From NCBI GenBank assembly GCA_024275145.1, contig JAJRZR010000079.1, positions 384-64,383 on the forward strand: DNA of 64,000 nucleotides, read 5' to 3'. The notes beneath the pieces are model-generated. The model saw only the letters and a list, made by a program, of their open reading frames with translations. It had not been told where the DNA came from and ran no database searches. Origin of the DNA: Deltaproteobacteria bacterium. Its GTDB lineage: Bacteria > Desulfobacterota > Dissulfuribacteria > Dissulfuribacterales > QOAL01. This document shows, in pieces, positions 49,679-58,646 of this stretch; position 1 is the stretch's first letter, and each line of letters opens with the position of its first letter. Both the position numbers and the translations under genes were made by a program.

Positions 49679-49990
49679 TTATGCAGGTTCCATGCTGGCC
49701 ATTAACGGAAAGCCCGCCTCACGGGCCCTGGCATGTACCGCATCTATTTTTGTTTCAGCTATTTCAGCCTGATATGTTCCGCAAACCCCTATGCCCTTGT
49801 TGTGGACCTCCAACATGATGCCCGTGGCCTCGGCAGGGGTCTTATGGAATATTTCCTCCAGTATACGGACCACAAAATCCATTGTGGTATAATTGTCATT
49901 GTGCAACAGGACCCTATAGAGAGGAGGTTCCCCAAGATCCTGTTCGGTCTCAGCGTCAATCTCTTCCTGTTTTAATACATCGTCTTCCAT
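49679..49990 (-). CDS. clpS: Clp protease adaptor ClpS
   Basis: 'PPLYRVLLHNDNYTTMDFVVRILEEIF'. Confidence 0.9.
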   Translation of the reverse strand: MEDDVLKQEEIDAETEQDLGEPPLYRVLLHNDNYTTMDFVVRILEEIFHKTPAEATGIMLEVHNKGIGVCGTYQAEIAETKIDAVHARAREAGFPLMASMEPA

Positions 49991-49999
49991 GGCGTATAC

Positions 50000-50758
50000 T
50001 CAATAATTCCTTTTCAAATAAATGAGAAATTCCCTGTTACCCTTGGCACCGGATATCGGGGAAGGAGTCACGCCGCAGACAACAAGCCCGGCTTCATCCC
50101 TGAAAAAGGCCTCAAGGTCCCCGACAACCTTTCTGTGCATGGCAGGATCCCTAACTATACCACCTTTTCCTACCTGGCCCTTTCCTACCTCGAATTGTGG
50201 CTTGATCAACGCTATTATCATACCCGTTTCTGCCATATGCAAAATGGCTGCCGGCACTACTATTTTTAAGGAAATGAAGGAGGTGTCAATAGTAATGAGC
50301 TCCATTTTGTCGGGTAAGGAATCGGGAAGCAGTGACCTTATATTTGTCCTTTCCATTACCATGACCCTGGGGTCGTTTCTGAGTTTCCAGTCCAGTTGCC
50401 CATAGCCCACATCCACGGCATAAACCCTTCTTGCCCCCCTCTGGAGCAAACAATCGGTAAAGCCACCAGTGGAGGCACCGACATCCATACAAACCAGGCC
50501 CCTTACGTCTATACCAAAATAGTCGAGCCCATGCTCCAGTTTAACACCACCGCGTCCCACGTAGGGAATCCCCGTAGTAAGGATTTCCAGCTCTGCATGT
50601 ACCGGCACATTCTGCCCGGACTTGTCCACCAGCTTCCCATCTACCCTGACTTGTCCGGCACCAATCAAGGCCTGGGCCTTGTTCCTTGTCTCTGCCAGAC
50701 CGCGCTCCACCAGCAATATGTCCAGTCTGGACTTTTTTTTTGCCACGTTATGGCACAT
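50000..50758 (-). CDS. tlyA: TlyA-family rRNA 2'-O-methyltransferase (S4 + FtsJ-like)
   Basis: Track ORF to 50848; ATG 50758 gives 'MCHNVAKKKSRLDILLVERGL'. 'DVGASTGGFTDCLLQRGA'. Confidence 0.85.
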   Translation of the reverse strand: MCHNVAKKKSRLDILLVERGLAETRNKAQALIGAGQVRVDGKLVDKSGQNVPVHAELEILTTGIPYVGRGGVKLEHGLDYFGIDVRGLVCMDVGASTGGFTDCLLQRGARRVYAVDVGYGQLDWKLRNDPRVMVMERTNIRSLLPDSLPDKMELITIDTSFISLKIVVPAAILHMAETGMIIALIKPQFEVGKGQVGKGGIVRDPAMHRKVVGDLEAFFRDEAGLVVCGVTPSPISGAKGNREFLIYLKRNY

Positions 50759-50881
50759 TGTGTTAACCTTGTGTATACGCAACAGATCCTGTCGGAAAAC
50801 CGGCTTTCCCCGGTTTTCGTAGTCTTTTGGATTTTCTCTTAGTTTCAATAGATTATAAGTTTTTTTTAAAGGGGTTTCAAC

Positions 50882-51961
50882 GTGGCTGTTTCGGAGAAGG
50901 AAATCCTGGACGCCTTGAGGGCGGTACAGGAACCGGAATTAAAACAAAACATCGTGGACGTTGGCATGGTTGAGGACGTGGAAATCGCTGGCCCACATAT
51001 AAAGGTAACCGTTGCGCTGACAATGGCCAGTTCCCCCATGAAAGACCGGATAAAGAATGAGGTCAAGGAGGCGCTGAAGGGTATCGCGGGTGTAGGAGAG
51101 GTCAAGGTGGTGCTCACCCTGATGACATCCGAACAGAGGGCGCGCATATTTGGCCAAGCTCCCTCTGAAATGGAAGGCATGAAGGGAGTAAGGAAGGCTA
51201 TAGCCATCGCAAGTGGTAAGGGTGGAGTGGGTAAGACAACGTTGACGGTCAACCTCGCCATTGCCCTGTCCATGCAGGGCCAAAGTGTCGGGATACTTGA
51301 CGCCGATATGCATGGTCCTGACATTCCGATAATGTTGGGGATAAAGGAAAGACCCGTTGGATCAAGGGGAATGCTGCTACCTATAGAAAAATACGGGTTG
51401 AAGATCATGTCAACTGGCATCCTGGCAGGGCAGGGCGACCCCATCGTGTGGAGAGGCCCCCTTGTCAATAAGGCCATCAAGGAATTCTTGGGCCATGTCC
51501 TGTGGGGAAACCTGGATTTCTTGCTCGTGGACCTTCCTCCTGGAACAGGAGATGCACCCCTTACTGTCTCTACTGTTATACCTCTAAATGGTGTCTTGAT
51601 AGTTACCACACCACAGAAGGTGGCCCTGGCCGATGTGAGGCGGTCCATCGGGCTTTTCAGGGGACACGATGTGCCGATCATAGGTATTGTGGAAAACATG
51701 TCGTTTTTCAGGCTACCGGGTAGTCCAGACGGAGAGGTCATGGAGATCTTTGGAAGCGGTGGCGGTGAAAGGATCGCCAAGGCCTTTAAATTGCCTCTAC
51801 TGGGCAGGATCCCCCTTGACCCTGCCATAAGGGCCGGAGGCGATACCGGCAGGCCTGTAACCCTTGAGTCGGACTCCGAGGCATCGGACGCCTTCAAGGA
51901 AATAGCCTCCAGGCTACTCATCTACTGTTCAAGGCCGTCTGCAAGAGAGGAATCTTCCTAA
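50882..51961 (+). CDS. apbC: Mrp/ApbC/NBP35-family Fe-S cluster carrier ATPase
   Basis: GTG start. DUF59-like N-terminus 'ILDALRAVQEPELKQNIVDVGMV'. Deviant Walker A 'IASGKGGVGKTTLTVNLA'. Confidence 0.9.
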   Translation: MAVSEKEILDALRAVQEPELKQNIVDVGMVEDVEIAGPHIKVTVALTMASSPMKDRIKNEVKEALKGIAGVGEVKVVLTLMTSEQRARIFGQAPSEMEGMKGVRKAIAIASGKGGVGKTTLTVNLAIALSMQGQSVGILDADMHGPDIPIMLGIKERPVGSRGMLLPIEKYGLKIMSTGILAGQGDPIVWRGPLVNKAIKEFLGHVLWGNLDFLLVDLPPGTGDAPLTVSTVIPLNGVLIVTTPQKVALADVRRSIGLFRGHDVPIIGIVENMSFFRLPGSPDGEVMEIFGSGGGERIAKAFKLPLLGRIPLDPAIRAGGDTGRPVTLESDSEASDAFKEIASRLLIYCSRPSAREESS

Positions 51962-51965
51962 CAAG

Positions 51966-53177
51966 ATGTTTTTTTACGGGGCCGGATTACCTACCCCTAT
52001 CCGGCTAATGGGCAAGGGTGCCTCCCTGCCCAATAGAAAATTGTCCCAAAAGAGAGGTCTTATGGATTGCAACAAATCCTTCTCGAAAGAAATACTGAAC
52101 AAGGCAGAGCTGTTCGACCTTATGGTTACCAATCTGCCGCTGGGTCTCCTGGCTGTGGACGAAGGCGGTATAATCATTGAATTCAATCCGGCTGCTGAAA
52201 AAATCACCGGTTATTCGAAGTCAGAGGTCGTTGGCAGGAAATGCCTAGATGTTTTCAAGGGAGCACTGTGCCATGAATGTTGCCCACTAAAGGGAACAGA
52301 ACCCAATATTAGATCCTCTACCTTGCAGCAAGAAGCCATGTTGATACACAAGGATGGCCACAAGGTACCCATCATCCTGACCGCAGCACTCCTGAAGGAC
52401 GATACCGGGCGAACGAGGGGGGGGCTGGAGATGTTCAGGGACATCACCGAGCACAAGAAGATGGAAAAACATCAAAGGGTCCTGATTTCCATGTTTGCCC
52501 ATGATCTGAAGGCCCCCATCGCCATTGCAGGGGCCTTTCTGGTAAGGCTACTTAAGGGCAAGGCAGGGGCGTTGAACGAAAAACAAAAGGAATATCTGGA
52601 GGCAATAGATAAGGAGATAAAGAGGCTTGATGGATATATCCGTTCCTTTTTGGATATATTGAGAATGGAGGCGGGACAGATTCCCCTTTCCCTTGAATCC
52701 TGCAGTATTGACAAAACGATATATGAAATTGCTGAGCTCTTTAAATTTCAGGCCGCTAAAAAACATATCAAGATAGATATAGAGATCCCGGAAAAACTGC
52801 CCATATTGATGGTGGACAAGGATCAGCTACAGAGAGTGATGACCAACCTGATAGACAATGCCCTGAAATACTCGCCCAAGAACTCCACTGTCACCATCAA
52901 GGTTACGGAGACGGATGAATCCATAGTTTGCCAGGTCAAGGATTCCGGACCAGGAATACGACCAGAAGACCTTCCTTTCATCTACGATCCCTTTTACCGT
53001 GGACACGGCAAATCCGGCGAGGAATCACAGAAACCTGGTTCAGGTATTGGTCTAGCCGTCGTGAAAAGTATCGTGGAGGCACACGGCGGCAAGGTATGGG
53101 TGGAGAGCAAACCAGGCAAGGGCGCCTCTTTCTTCTTCTCAATCCCCAAGAGGCCGCCACGAAAAGATGGGGTTTAG
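51966..53177 (+). CDS. PAS-domain sensor histidine kinase (Cys-rich PAS)
   Basis: PAS with '[21 protein letters not shown]'. H-box 'FAHDLKAPI', N-box 'DNALKYSP', 'DSGPGI', '[18 protein letters not shown]'. Start uncertain (51966 or 52062). Confidence 0.85.
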   Translation: MFFYGAGLPTPIRLMGKGASLPNRKLSQKRGLMDCNKSFSKEILNKAELFDLMVTNLPLGLLAVDEGGIIIEFNPAAEKITGYSKSEVVGRKCLDVFKGALCHECCPLKGTEPNIRSSTLQQEAMLIHKDGHKVPIILTAALLKDDTGRTRGGLEMFRDITEHKKMEKHQRVLISMFAHDLKAPIAIAGAFLVRLLKGKAGALNEKQKEYLEAIDKEIKRLDGYIRSFLDILRMEAGQIPLSLESCSIDKTIYEIAELFKFQAAKKHIKIDIEIPEKLPILMVDKDQLQRVMTNLIDNALKYSPKNSTVTIKVTETDESIVCQVKDSGPGIRPEDLPFIYDPFYRGHGKSGEESQKPGSGIGLAVVKSIVEAHGGKVWVESKPGKGASFFFSIPKRPPRKDGV

Positions 53178-53886
53178 ACCTCTGAAGATGGATACAGAGG
53201 TCATTTTTGCCTTCAACAAGGCCGCCAGGGAGTATGATGACTGGTATGAGGGTAACGCGTTGTTTGATGCGGAACTTGAGGCGGTCAGACGTTTAATCCA
53301 TGTTTCGCCAGTATCGCTTGAGGTGGGGGTTGGTACGGGTAGGTTTGCAAGTGCCTTGGAGATAGGCTACGGCGTCGATCCCGCATTCGAGATGTTGAAT
53401 ATTGCAAAGGCCAGGGGCATAAGGTGCGTACAGGCCTTTGCTGAAGCCTTGCCTTTCAAGGATGCAAGCTTCCAACAGATCTTTTTTTTCTTCACCCTTT
53501 GTTTTCTGGGGGACACAATCCATGCCCTTCGGGAGGCTCACCGCATTCTCATATCCAATGGCTCATTAATAATTGGATTTGTGCCGAAGAATTCTAAATG
53601 GGGAAATTATTACCGTTACAAGAAGGCACAGGGGCATAGACTTTACAGGTATGCCACATTTCTATCCTTTGAAGACGTAAAAAAGAGCCTTTCCTCGGTG
53701 GGGTTCCGTATAAAAAGGGCTGTTTCCAGGATGCTGGGCCTTCCTGGGCAATCCGGGCCAAACCTTGATATTTTATCCGATAAATTGGATATAACTGCTG
53801 ATTTTATTGTCTTATATTGTGTGCCTATAAATCTTGACAGAGGGTATGAAAATGCAAAAGATCCATTCCCAAAAGACCCATATTGA
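53167..53886 (+). CDS. Class I SAM-dependent methyltransferase
   Basis: '[12 protein letters not shown]' motif I; '[17 protein letters not shown]'. Overlaps the kinase stop by 11 nt. Confidence 0.75.
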   Translation: MGFRPLKMDTEVIFAFNKAAREYDDWYEGNALFDAELEAVRRLIHVSPVSLEVGVGTGRFASALEIGYGVDPAFEMLNIAKARGIRCVQAFAEALPFKDASFQQIFFFFTLCFLGDTIHALREAHRILISNGSLIIGFVPKNSKWGNYYRYKKAQGHRLYRYATFLSFEDVKKSLSSVGFRIKRAVSRMLGLPGQSGPNLDILSDKLDITADFIVLYCVPINLDRGYENAKDPFPKDPY

Positions 53887-55003
53887 TCAGATTACAGGGC
53901 TGAGAAATATGGAGGCCTTCATGGAGGACCTTGAAAGGGAGCTGGCAAGGGTTCACAGGTATGGCCACCGCATCACACTACTGCTTCTGGATGTCATTGG
54001 TGGGGGTGAAGGGGCGGAGGAGATACCTTCCCAGCCCGATGATACCTATCTGGAATTAGTCGCACGGATCTTCACCGAGGTGCTCAGAAAAAGCGATTCC
54101 TTTTACCGTGTGGATGTTGCCAGGTTTGCAGCAATACTGCCCAACGCATACGAGGCAGGAGGGGAGGCAGCAGCCTTGAGATTGAAAAGGAGTATTTCTG
54201 AAGAGGCAGGTAAAAATCTCGACCGACAATATCCTGTTGCGGCAGGGGTGGTGAGTGTAGGACCTGAGAATTACTCATCCCCTGCATCCCTTCTTGACAG
54301 CCTCAAACAAGACCTCCGACGTGACAGATATTGTCAGGTAATCGACCTTGGAGCAACCCGAGAGAGTAAGCACATGGAAAGGGGTAAAGTATTGATAGAT
54401 TCGTCCATCAAGGACCACTCCATCCTCAAAACCTTGATCCTTTCGCGGGGCTATAGGGCAGATACCTTTGTAGATATCCAGGATATCCATTCACTTTTGA
54501 GGGCTGGACAGACCTATTGTTTGGTCATGGGACCAGGTCTTTCTGATCTCGAACGGCTCGAAATGACGCAAAAACTGCACGATAGAAGGGAAGTATGTGA
54601 TAACGTATACATCGTGTGGCTTGAACCACCGGAAACGGATATCGAGGCACCAGCGACACAATCCGGAGGTTTCGAGGAAATCGTACCCGCCACCTGTGAT
54701 GCAAGAATGCTTGCAAACAGTATCTCTAAAGGCTTCAAGATTCTCGAACTCAAAAAGGCCGCAGGTGAAACGAAGAGGCTTCAAGATTCCTTGAGTAGCA
54801 TAGGATCATTCTCACATCAGTTGAATCAACCCCTCCAGGTTATAATTGGAAAGCTCGAGCTACTGATATTCGAGATGGAAGACGAACCACTGCCAGGCCA
54901 GGAAAACATCCTGAACACATTGAAGGAAATCAGGAAACAGGCACTTCTTTCCTCTGAGATAAACAGGAAAATCGGCCGCCTCACCAGGTATCAAAATGAC
55001 TAA
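53846..55003 (+). CDS. Degenerate GGDEF domain / pseudo-receiver / HisKA-like (DHp-only) signalling protein
   Basis: '[20 protein letters not shown]' GGDEF-type start, but 'YRVDVARFAAIL' sits where GG(D/E)EF is expected. The middle 'KVLIDSS...CLVMGPGLSD' is REC-like and lacks the acidic pocket. C-terminal 'SIGSFSHQLNQPLQVIIGKLELL' is an H-box with no HATPase domain after it. Confidence 0.65.
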   Translation: MKMQKIHSQKTHIDQITGLRNMEAFMEDLERELARVHRYGHRITLLLLDVIGGGEGAEEIPSQPDDTYLELVARIFTEVLRKSDSFYRVDVARFAAILPNAYEAGGEAAALRLKRSISEEAGKNLDRQYPVAAGVVSVGPENYSSPASLLDSLKQDLRRDRYCQVIDLGATRESKHMERGKVLIDSSIKDHSILKTLILSRGYRADTFVDIQDIHSLLRAGQTYCLVMGPGLSDLERLEMTQKLHDRREVCDNVYIVWLEPPETDIEAPATQSGGFEEIVPATCDARMLANSISKGFKILELKKAAGETKRLQDSLSSIGSFSHQLNQPLQVIIGKLELLIFEMEDEPLPGQENILNTLKEIRKQALLSSEINRKIGRLTRYQND

Positions 55004-55139
55004 CAAACGGCTCAAAGGCGCACGCCATCCTGCTAACTTATTTTTTTATTTGCATTAAATATTTTACATAATATATCTTATCCGACATTCATGGAAACTG
55101 GCATAGAGGACTATTTTCATTTTGTTAGAAGACGTGGCA

Positions 55140-55186
55140 AAAATTGGGATTCGGGAGGGAGCGATTAAATTACAGGCCCCCTCCCG
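55140..55186 (-). terminator. Weak terminator candidate downstream of flgM
   Basis: 8-bp GC stem CGGGAGGG (55152-55159) / CCCTCCCG (55178-55185). On the minus strand the T-run (CAATTTTTG) begins 8 nt after the stem, so it is non-canonical. Confidence 0.3.
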
Positions 55187-55228
55187 CTGGGGAGAGATGA
55201 GGAGGAGAATATGGAGGCTTGGCGATAC

Positions 55229-55537
55229 TTATCCCATATCCTTGATCAGATCCTTCAACATACCCTGGGCGACCTTCTCAGGATCCGCTTCGTAGGTACC
55301 GTTCTGTACCTGTTCCTTTATCATCCTGATACGTTCTGCCCTTTGGGGGTCCTCGACCTTTACTGCCTCGTTCACACGTTGCAGCATACGAGAACCTGAA
55401 GACAATTCAACCTTGTCCGTACCTGCTGATGCACCTGCCTTTTCTGGTCTTGGCCCCTGGTTGTTCTGAGCATTCTGCACATTATTCATGTAGGATGTAA
55501 CCATTTGAGCCTTCTGGTTCATATCTGAAATCTTCAT
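55229..55537 (-). CDS. flgM: Anti-sigma-28 factor FlgM
   Basis: Track ORF to 55555 (TTG); ATG 55537 is preceded by GGAG. C-terminal 'IKEQVQNGTYEADPEKVAQGML'. Confidence 0.8.
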   Translation of the reverse strand: MKISDMNQKAQMVTSYMNNVQNAQNNQGPRPEKAGASAGTDKVELSSGSRMLQRVNEAVKVEDPQRAERIRMIKEQVQNGTYEADPEKVAQGMLKDLIKDMG

Positions 55538-55551
55538 TGTATCAACTCCAT

Positions 55552-55983
55552 TCAATCCGTCTTGGAACCGTTCTTTGTCGCCTGTCGTTCAATAATATTA
55601 TAGAGCCTTTCGATTACTTCGTGAACATGTTGGGACGAAAGTTCCTTTATGATTTCCCCTTTATCGGCATCGATGACCCTGAATTTGAATCCCGTGTCCT
55701 TTTCCTTGTCAGGAAGGACGTCCAACCTGCCTCCGAATTCCGATTCAAGCCTGTCAATCAGCGCCCGGCTGATATCGTTGCTGGTTGTCCTTCCAGTGGC
55801 CCTGGATACAATCTCCCTTGCCACCTTTTCAGTAACCTGCCTCTGTTTCGCCCGGGACGATATGGATATAGAATCAGGACCGGGCGTAACGGCCGCAGGT
55901 TTGAACGTTGATAGGCTTCGTCGCTCTATCCTCTGGCCATAGGCTCGAATAACATTTTGTATGTGATAGGATGATATATACAT
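55552..55983 (-). CDS. Small hypothetical protein co-transcribed with flgM (FlgM-associated)
   Basis: 143 aa, 'MYISSYHIQNVIRAYGQRIERRS'. Its stop overlaps the flgM ORF. I recall a Desulfovibrio-named 'FlgM-associated' family but cannot verify it. Confidence 0.5.
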   Translation of the reverse strand: MYISSYHIQNVIRAYGQRIERRSLSTFKPAAVTPGPDSISISSRAKQRQVTEKVAREIVSRATGRTTSNDISRALIDRLESEFGGRLDVLPDKEKDTGFKFRVIDADKGEIIKELSSQHVHEVIERLYNIIERQATKNGSKTD

Positions 55984-56028
55984 TTCTATAGTGTTTATTG
56001 TGGGTTTCTACCCTACATCTTGTTACTA

Positions 56029-56056
56029 TAATCGTCCAGATGCCCCACGAACTTGA
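56029..56056 (-). promoter_or_regulatory. Sigma-28-type promoter candidate for the flgM operon
   Basis: Minus strand reads TCAAGTTC, a 12-nt spacer, then GACGATTA. It lies about 45 nt upstream of ATG 55983. The -10 element matches GCCGATAA at only 5 of 8 positions. Confidence 0.4.
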
Positions 56057-56165
56057 ATTTTGGAACACACGTAACGACAGCGAATTTTTATCATTATCAA
56101 GGGGGATTAAAAACGTGACTAAAGGGTCAAGCAACGGGCCTCATGACAAAAAAGGCTCTTCCCTT

Positions 56166-57446
56166 ATGAACCAGATTTGGTTCTTCCTGATCGGAGTATC
56201 CATAATGCTTGCCGGGTTTAGCGGCTCCATGGACAAGATCACCCGGGCATCCTTTGAATCGGCTAAAAATGGTGTCAATCTTGCCTTGGGCCTGATAGGG
56301 GCCATGGCCCTGTGGCTGGGTCTTGTAAAGGTGGCTGAGGCGGGCGGGTTAATGGACCTGATAGCCAGGGGAATTCGTCCTATAATGAGACGGCTTTTCC
56401 CGGATGTTCCGCCTGCCGATCCAGCCATGTCGGCCATGGTGCTAAACATGTCTGCCAATGCCATGGGGCTTGGAAACGCCGCCACCCCTCTTGGCATCAA
56501 GGCCATGATGGCCTTGAACCGTTTGAATCCATGCCCAGGCGTGGCGACCGACGCCATGTGCCTTTTCCTTGCAATAAACACCTCCAACGTGACACTTCTT
56601 CCACTTGGGGTAATAAGTGTCAGGGCCGCTGCCGGGGCAAACGAACCAGCAGCCATCTTGATGCCAACCATCCTCGCCACGTCCTGTTCAACCCTCGTGG
56701 CCATTGTTGCCGCAAAGATTCTCAAAAGAAAACGACAAGGCCATCCTGTGGAAAAGGTGGGCGGCCCGCCACCCCCTTCAATGAACCATCTGAAAGAAGA
56801 ACAGGCCTCAACCCCTGATCCGGCCACCAAGGTACCTGATTTCGAACCGGTCAAGGCGTCGCTAGTTCTGGCGGGGCTATCCTCCCTGCTGCTAATGGCG
56901 GGTTATAGGATAGTCAGCGGGGCAATGGCCGTTGGGGATATCTCCCATTGGCTTGTTCCCTTCCTGATCCTTGGCCTGGTTGGATATGGATACGCAAAAG
57001 GGGTGCCTATCTACGAGATGGCAATAGAAGGTGCAAAGGAAGGATTCAATGTGGCGGTACGGCTTATCCCATTTCTTGTGATGATCCTGGTGGCTGTAGG
57101 CATGTTCAGGGCCTCGGGGGCCTTTAAGTTGATGGCATCGTTACTACGTCCATTAACAGACCTTGCAGGGATACCACCAGAGGTAATACCCGTGGCCCTC
57201 TTGAGGCCCCTGTCAGGATCAGGGGCCTTTGGGCTGATGAGTGAGATTACAGCCAGGGATCCCAATGGCTTTGCGGCGTTTCTGGCTGCAACCATCCAAG
57301 GTTCCACAGAAACCACATTTTATGTTATGGCCGTTTACTTTGGGGCTGTAGGGATCTACAAGGCTAGATACGCTATTGCAGCCGCTTTGATGGCTGACCT
57401 GGCTGGATTCTTGGCAGCTGTATTTTTCTGTAAACTTCTATATTGA
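56166..57446 (+). CDS. Nucleoside-recognition (Gate) domain membrane protein, fused SpmA/SpmB type
   Basis: Track ORF from 55998; ATG 56166 gives 'MNQIWFFLIGVSIMLAGFSG'. 'NMSANAMGLGNAATPLGIKAM'. Confidence 0.8.
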   Translation: MNQIWFFLIGVSIMLAGFSGSMDKITRASFESAKNGVNLALGLIGAMALWLGLVKVAEAGGLMDLIARGIRPIMRRLFPDVPPADPAMSAMVLNMSANAMGLGNAATPLGIKAMMALNRLNPCPGVATDAMCLFLAINTSNVTLLPLGVISVRAAAGANEPAAILMPTILATSCSTLVAIVAAKILKRKRQGHPVEKVGGPPPPSMNHLKEEQASTPDPATKVPDFEPVKASLVLAGLSSLLLMAGYRIVSGAMAVGDISHWLVPFLILGLVGYGYAKGVPIYEMAIEGAKEGFNVAVRLIPFLVMILVAVGMFRASGAFKLMASLLRPLTDLAGIPPEVIPVALLRPLSGSGAFGLMSEITARDPNGFAAFLAATIQGSTETTFYVMAVYFGAVGIYKARYAIAAALMADLAGFLAAVFFCKLLY

Positions 57447-57452
57447 GCGATC

Positions 57453-57725
57453 CTAATCAACTGCTTCGGATAGCCTTGTTCCAGGCTTGAATTTTACGAC
57501 CTTCTTTGCTGGAATCTCGAGAGGCTTACCTGTTTGAGGATTTCTGCCCGTACGTGCCTTTCTCTCAGACACGGAAAAGGTACCAAACCCTATAAGGGTT
57601 ACCTTGTCCCCTGAGGCAAGGGCATCTGTTACTGCATCCATGAATCCGTTCAAGGCCCTTTCCGCCGCACTTTTGGAAATACCAGCCGCCTGTGCCATTT
57701 GATCAACTAACTGTCCTTTGTTCAT
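57453..57725 (-). CDS. hup: DNA-binding protein HU
   Basis: 'MNKGQLVDQMA...GFGTFSVSERKARTGRNPQTGKPLEIPAKKVVKFKPG'. Confidence 0.92.
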   Translation of the reverse strand: MNKGQLVDQMAQAAGISKSAAERALNGFMDAVTDALASGDKVTLIGFGTFSVSERKARTGRNPQTGKPLEIPAKKVVKFKPGTRLSEAVD

Positions 57726-57830
57726 ATGCACCCTCCCAGTTTATAGTAATCTGGATTATTGTGAGCCTTCTTTTAATATGCCATTAAAGTTAGCCTTATA
57801 CAATCCTTCATCTGCCCTGTCCAGGTAAAA

Positions 57831-58646
57831 TCAAGCAATTTGGCAAATTTCCACCCCTTTGAATCCCAGATCAAAAACCAGCTTCCTGATTTCACTCATA
57901 TGTGGATCCACATGCCCACGCTCTGCTTTGGTAAGAAACAACCTGGCGGTTCTACTATCCAGGATGCTAAACTTGGCGGTTGTCGCCCCAAGCCTGTGCA
58001 GCAACTCTTCTATTGCACTAACCTTACCCAATAAATCCGTTGAAACCGGTATCCCGTGACGAATCCTTGTAGCGAGACAGGATCGACTTTCCCTGTTCCA
58101 ACTGGAAAGACCGGCCACCTGGCTCAATTCCCTGATCTCGTTTTTACCAAGCCCCGAATCGGCCAACGGGGTCTTTACCCCTAATTGCCCCAGGGCCTTG
58201 AGCCCAGGGCGATCCTTCCTGAGGTCATCCGCCTGGGTACCATCCAGCAGGTGATCCAGACCATATCTCTCACATTCACGTTTAAGGAGGTTGTAGATTG
58301 CAAATTTACAATAATAACAACGTATTGTGTCGTTTTTTATTATGTCGGCATAGCCTAGCGGATCCCAATCTATGACGCAGAATCTGGTACCGATCTCATC
58401 GGCCATGCGAGTGGCCCACTCGAGTTCCCGGTGTGACACAAATACGGATGAAAAAAAGAAGGCGGTAACCTCCCCTGGCCGTGCCCTCTCCGCACTGTAC
58501 ACCAGATAGGAACTATCTACCCCGCCTGAGAACCCTATACCTATCCCACCTCTCAGATCCGTAAGCGTATCGGTCAGGCGTTGAACCTTGATTTCAGTCT
58601 CTCGTTTCAATTCTTTCAGAGGGCAGCAGCTCCTGAGGCTGGGCAA
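57831..58646 (-). CDS. larE: PP-loop ATPase, LarE-like sulfur transferase
   Basis: PP-loop 'GIGFSGGVDSSYL'. Cysteines in 'IRCYYCKFAIY' and 'ESRSCLATRI'. TTG start, uncertain (58646 or 58610); overlaps the DUF39 stop. Confidence 0.72.
   Translation of the reverse strand: MPSLRSCCPLKELKRETEIKVQRLTDTLTDLRGGIGIGFSGGVDSSYLVYSAERARPGEVTAFFFSSVFVSHRELEWATRMADEIGTRFCVIDWDPLGYADIIKNDTIRCYYCKFAIYNLLKRECERYGLDHLLDGTQADDLRKDRPGLKALGQLGVKTPLADSGLGKNEIRELSQVAGLSSWNRESRSCLATRIRHGIPVSTDLLGKVSAIEELLHRLGATTAKFSILDSRTARLFLTKAERGHVDPHMSEIRKLVFDLGFKGVEICQIA

Noticed and set aside
50866-51921. 351-aa ORF on the minus strand spanning the whole mrp/apbC locus
   Set aside because: It is exactly antisense to a gene with a clear deviant Walker A ('KGGVGKTT'). 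Its product is Ser/Pro/Thr/Leu-rich with no motifs, which is typical of a stop-free frame opposite a real CDS.
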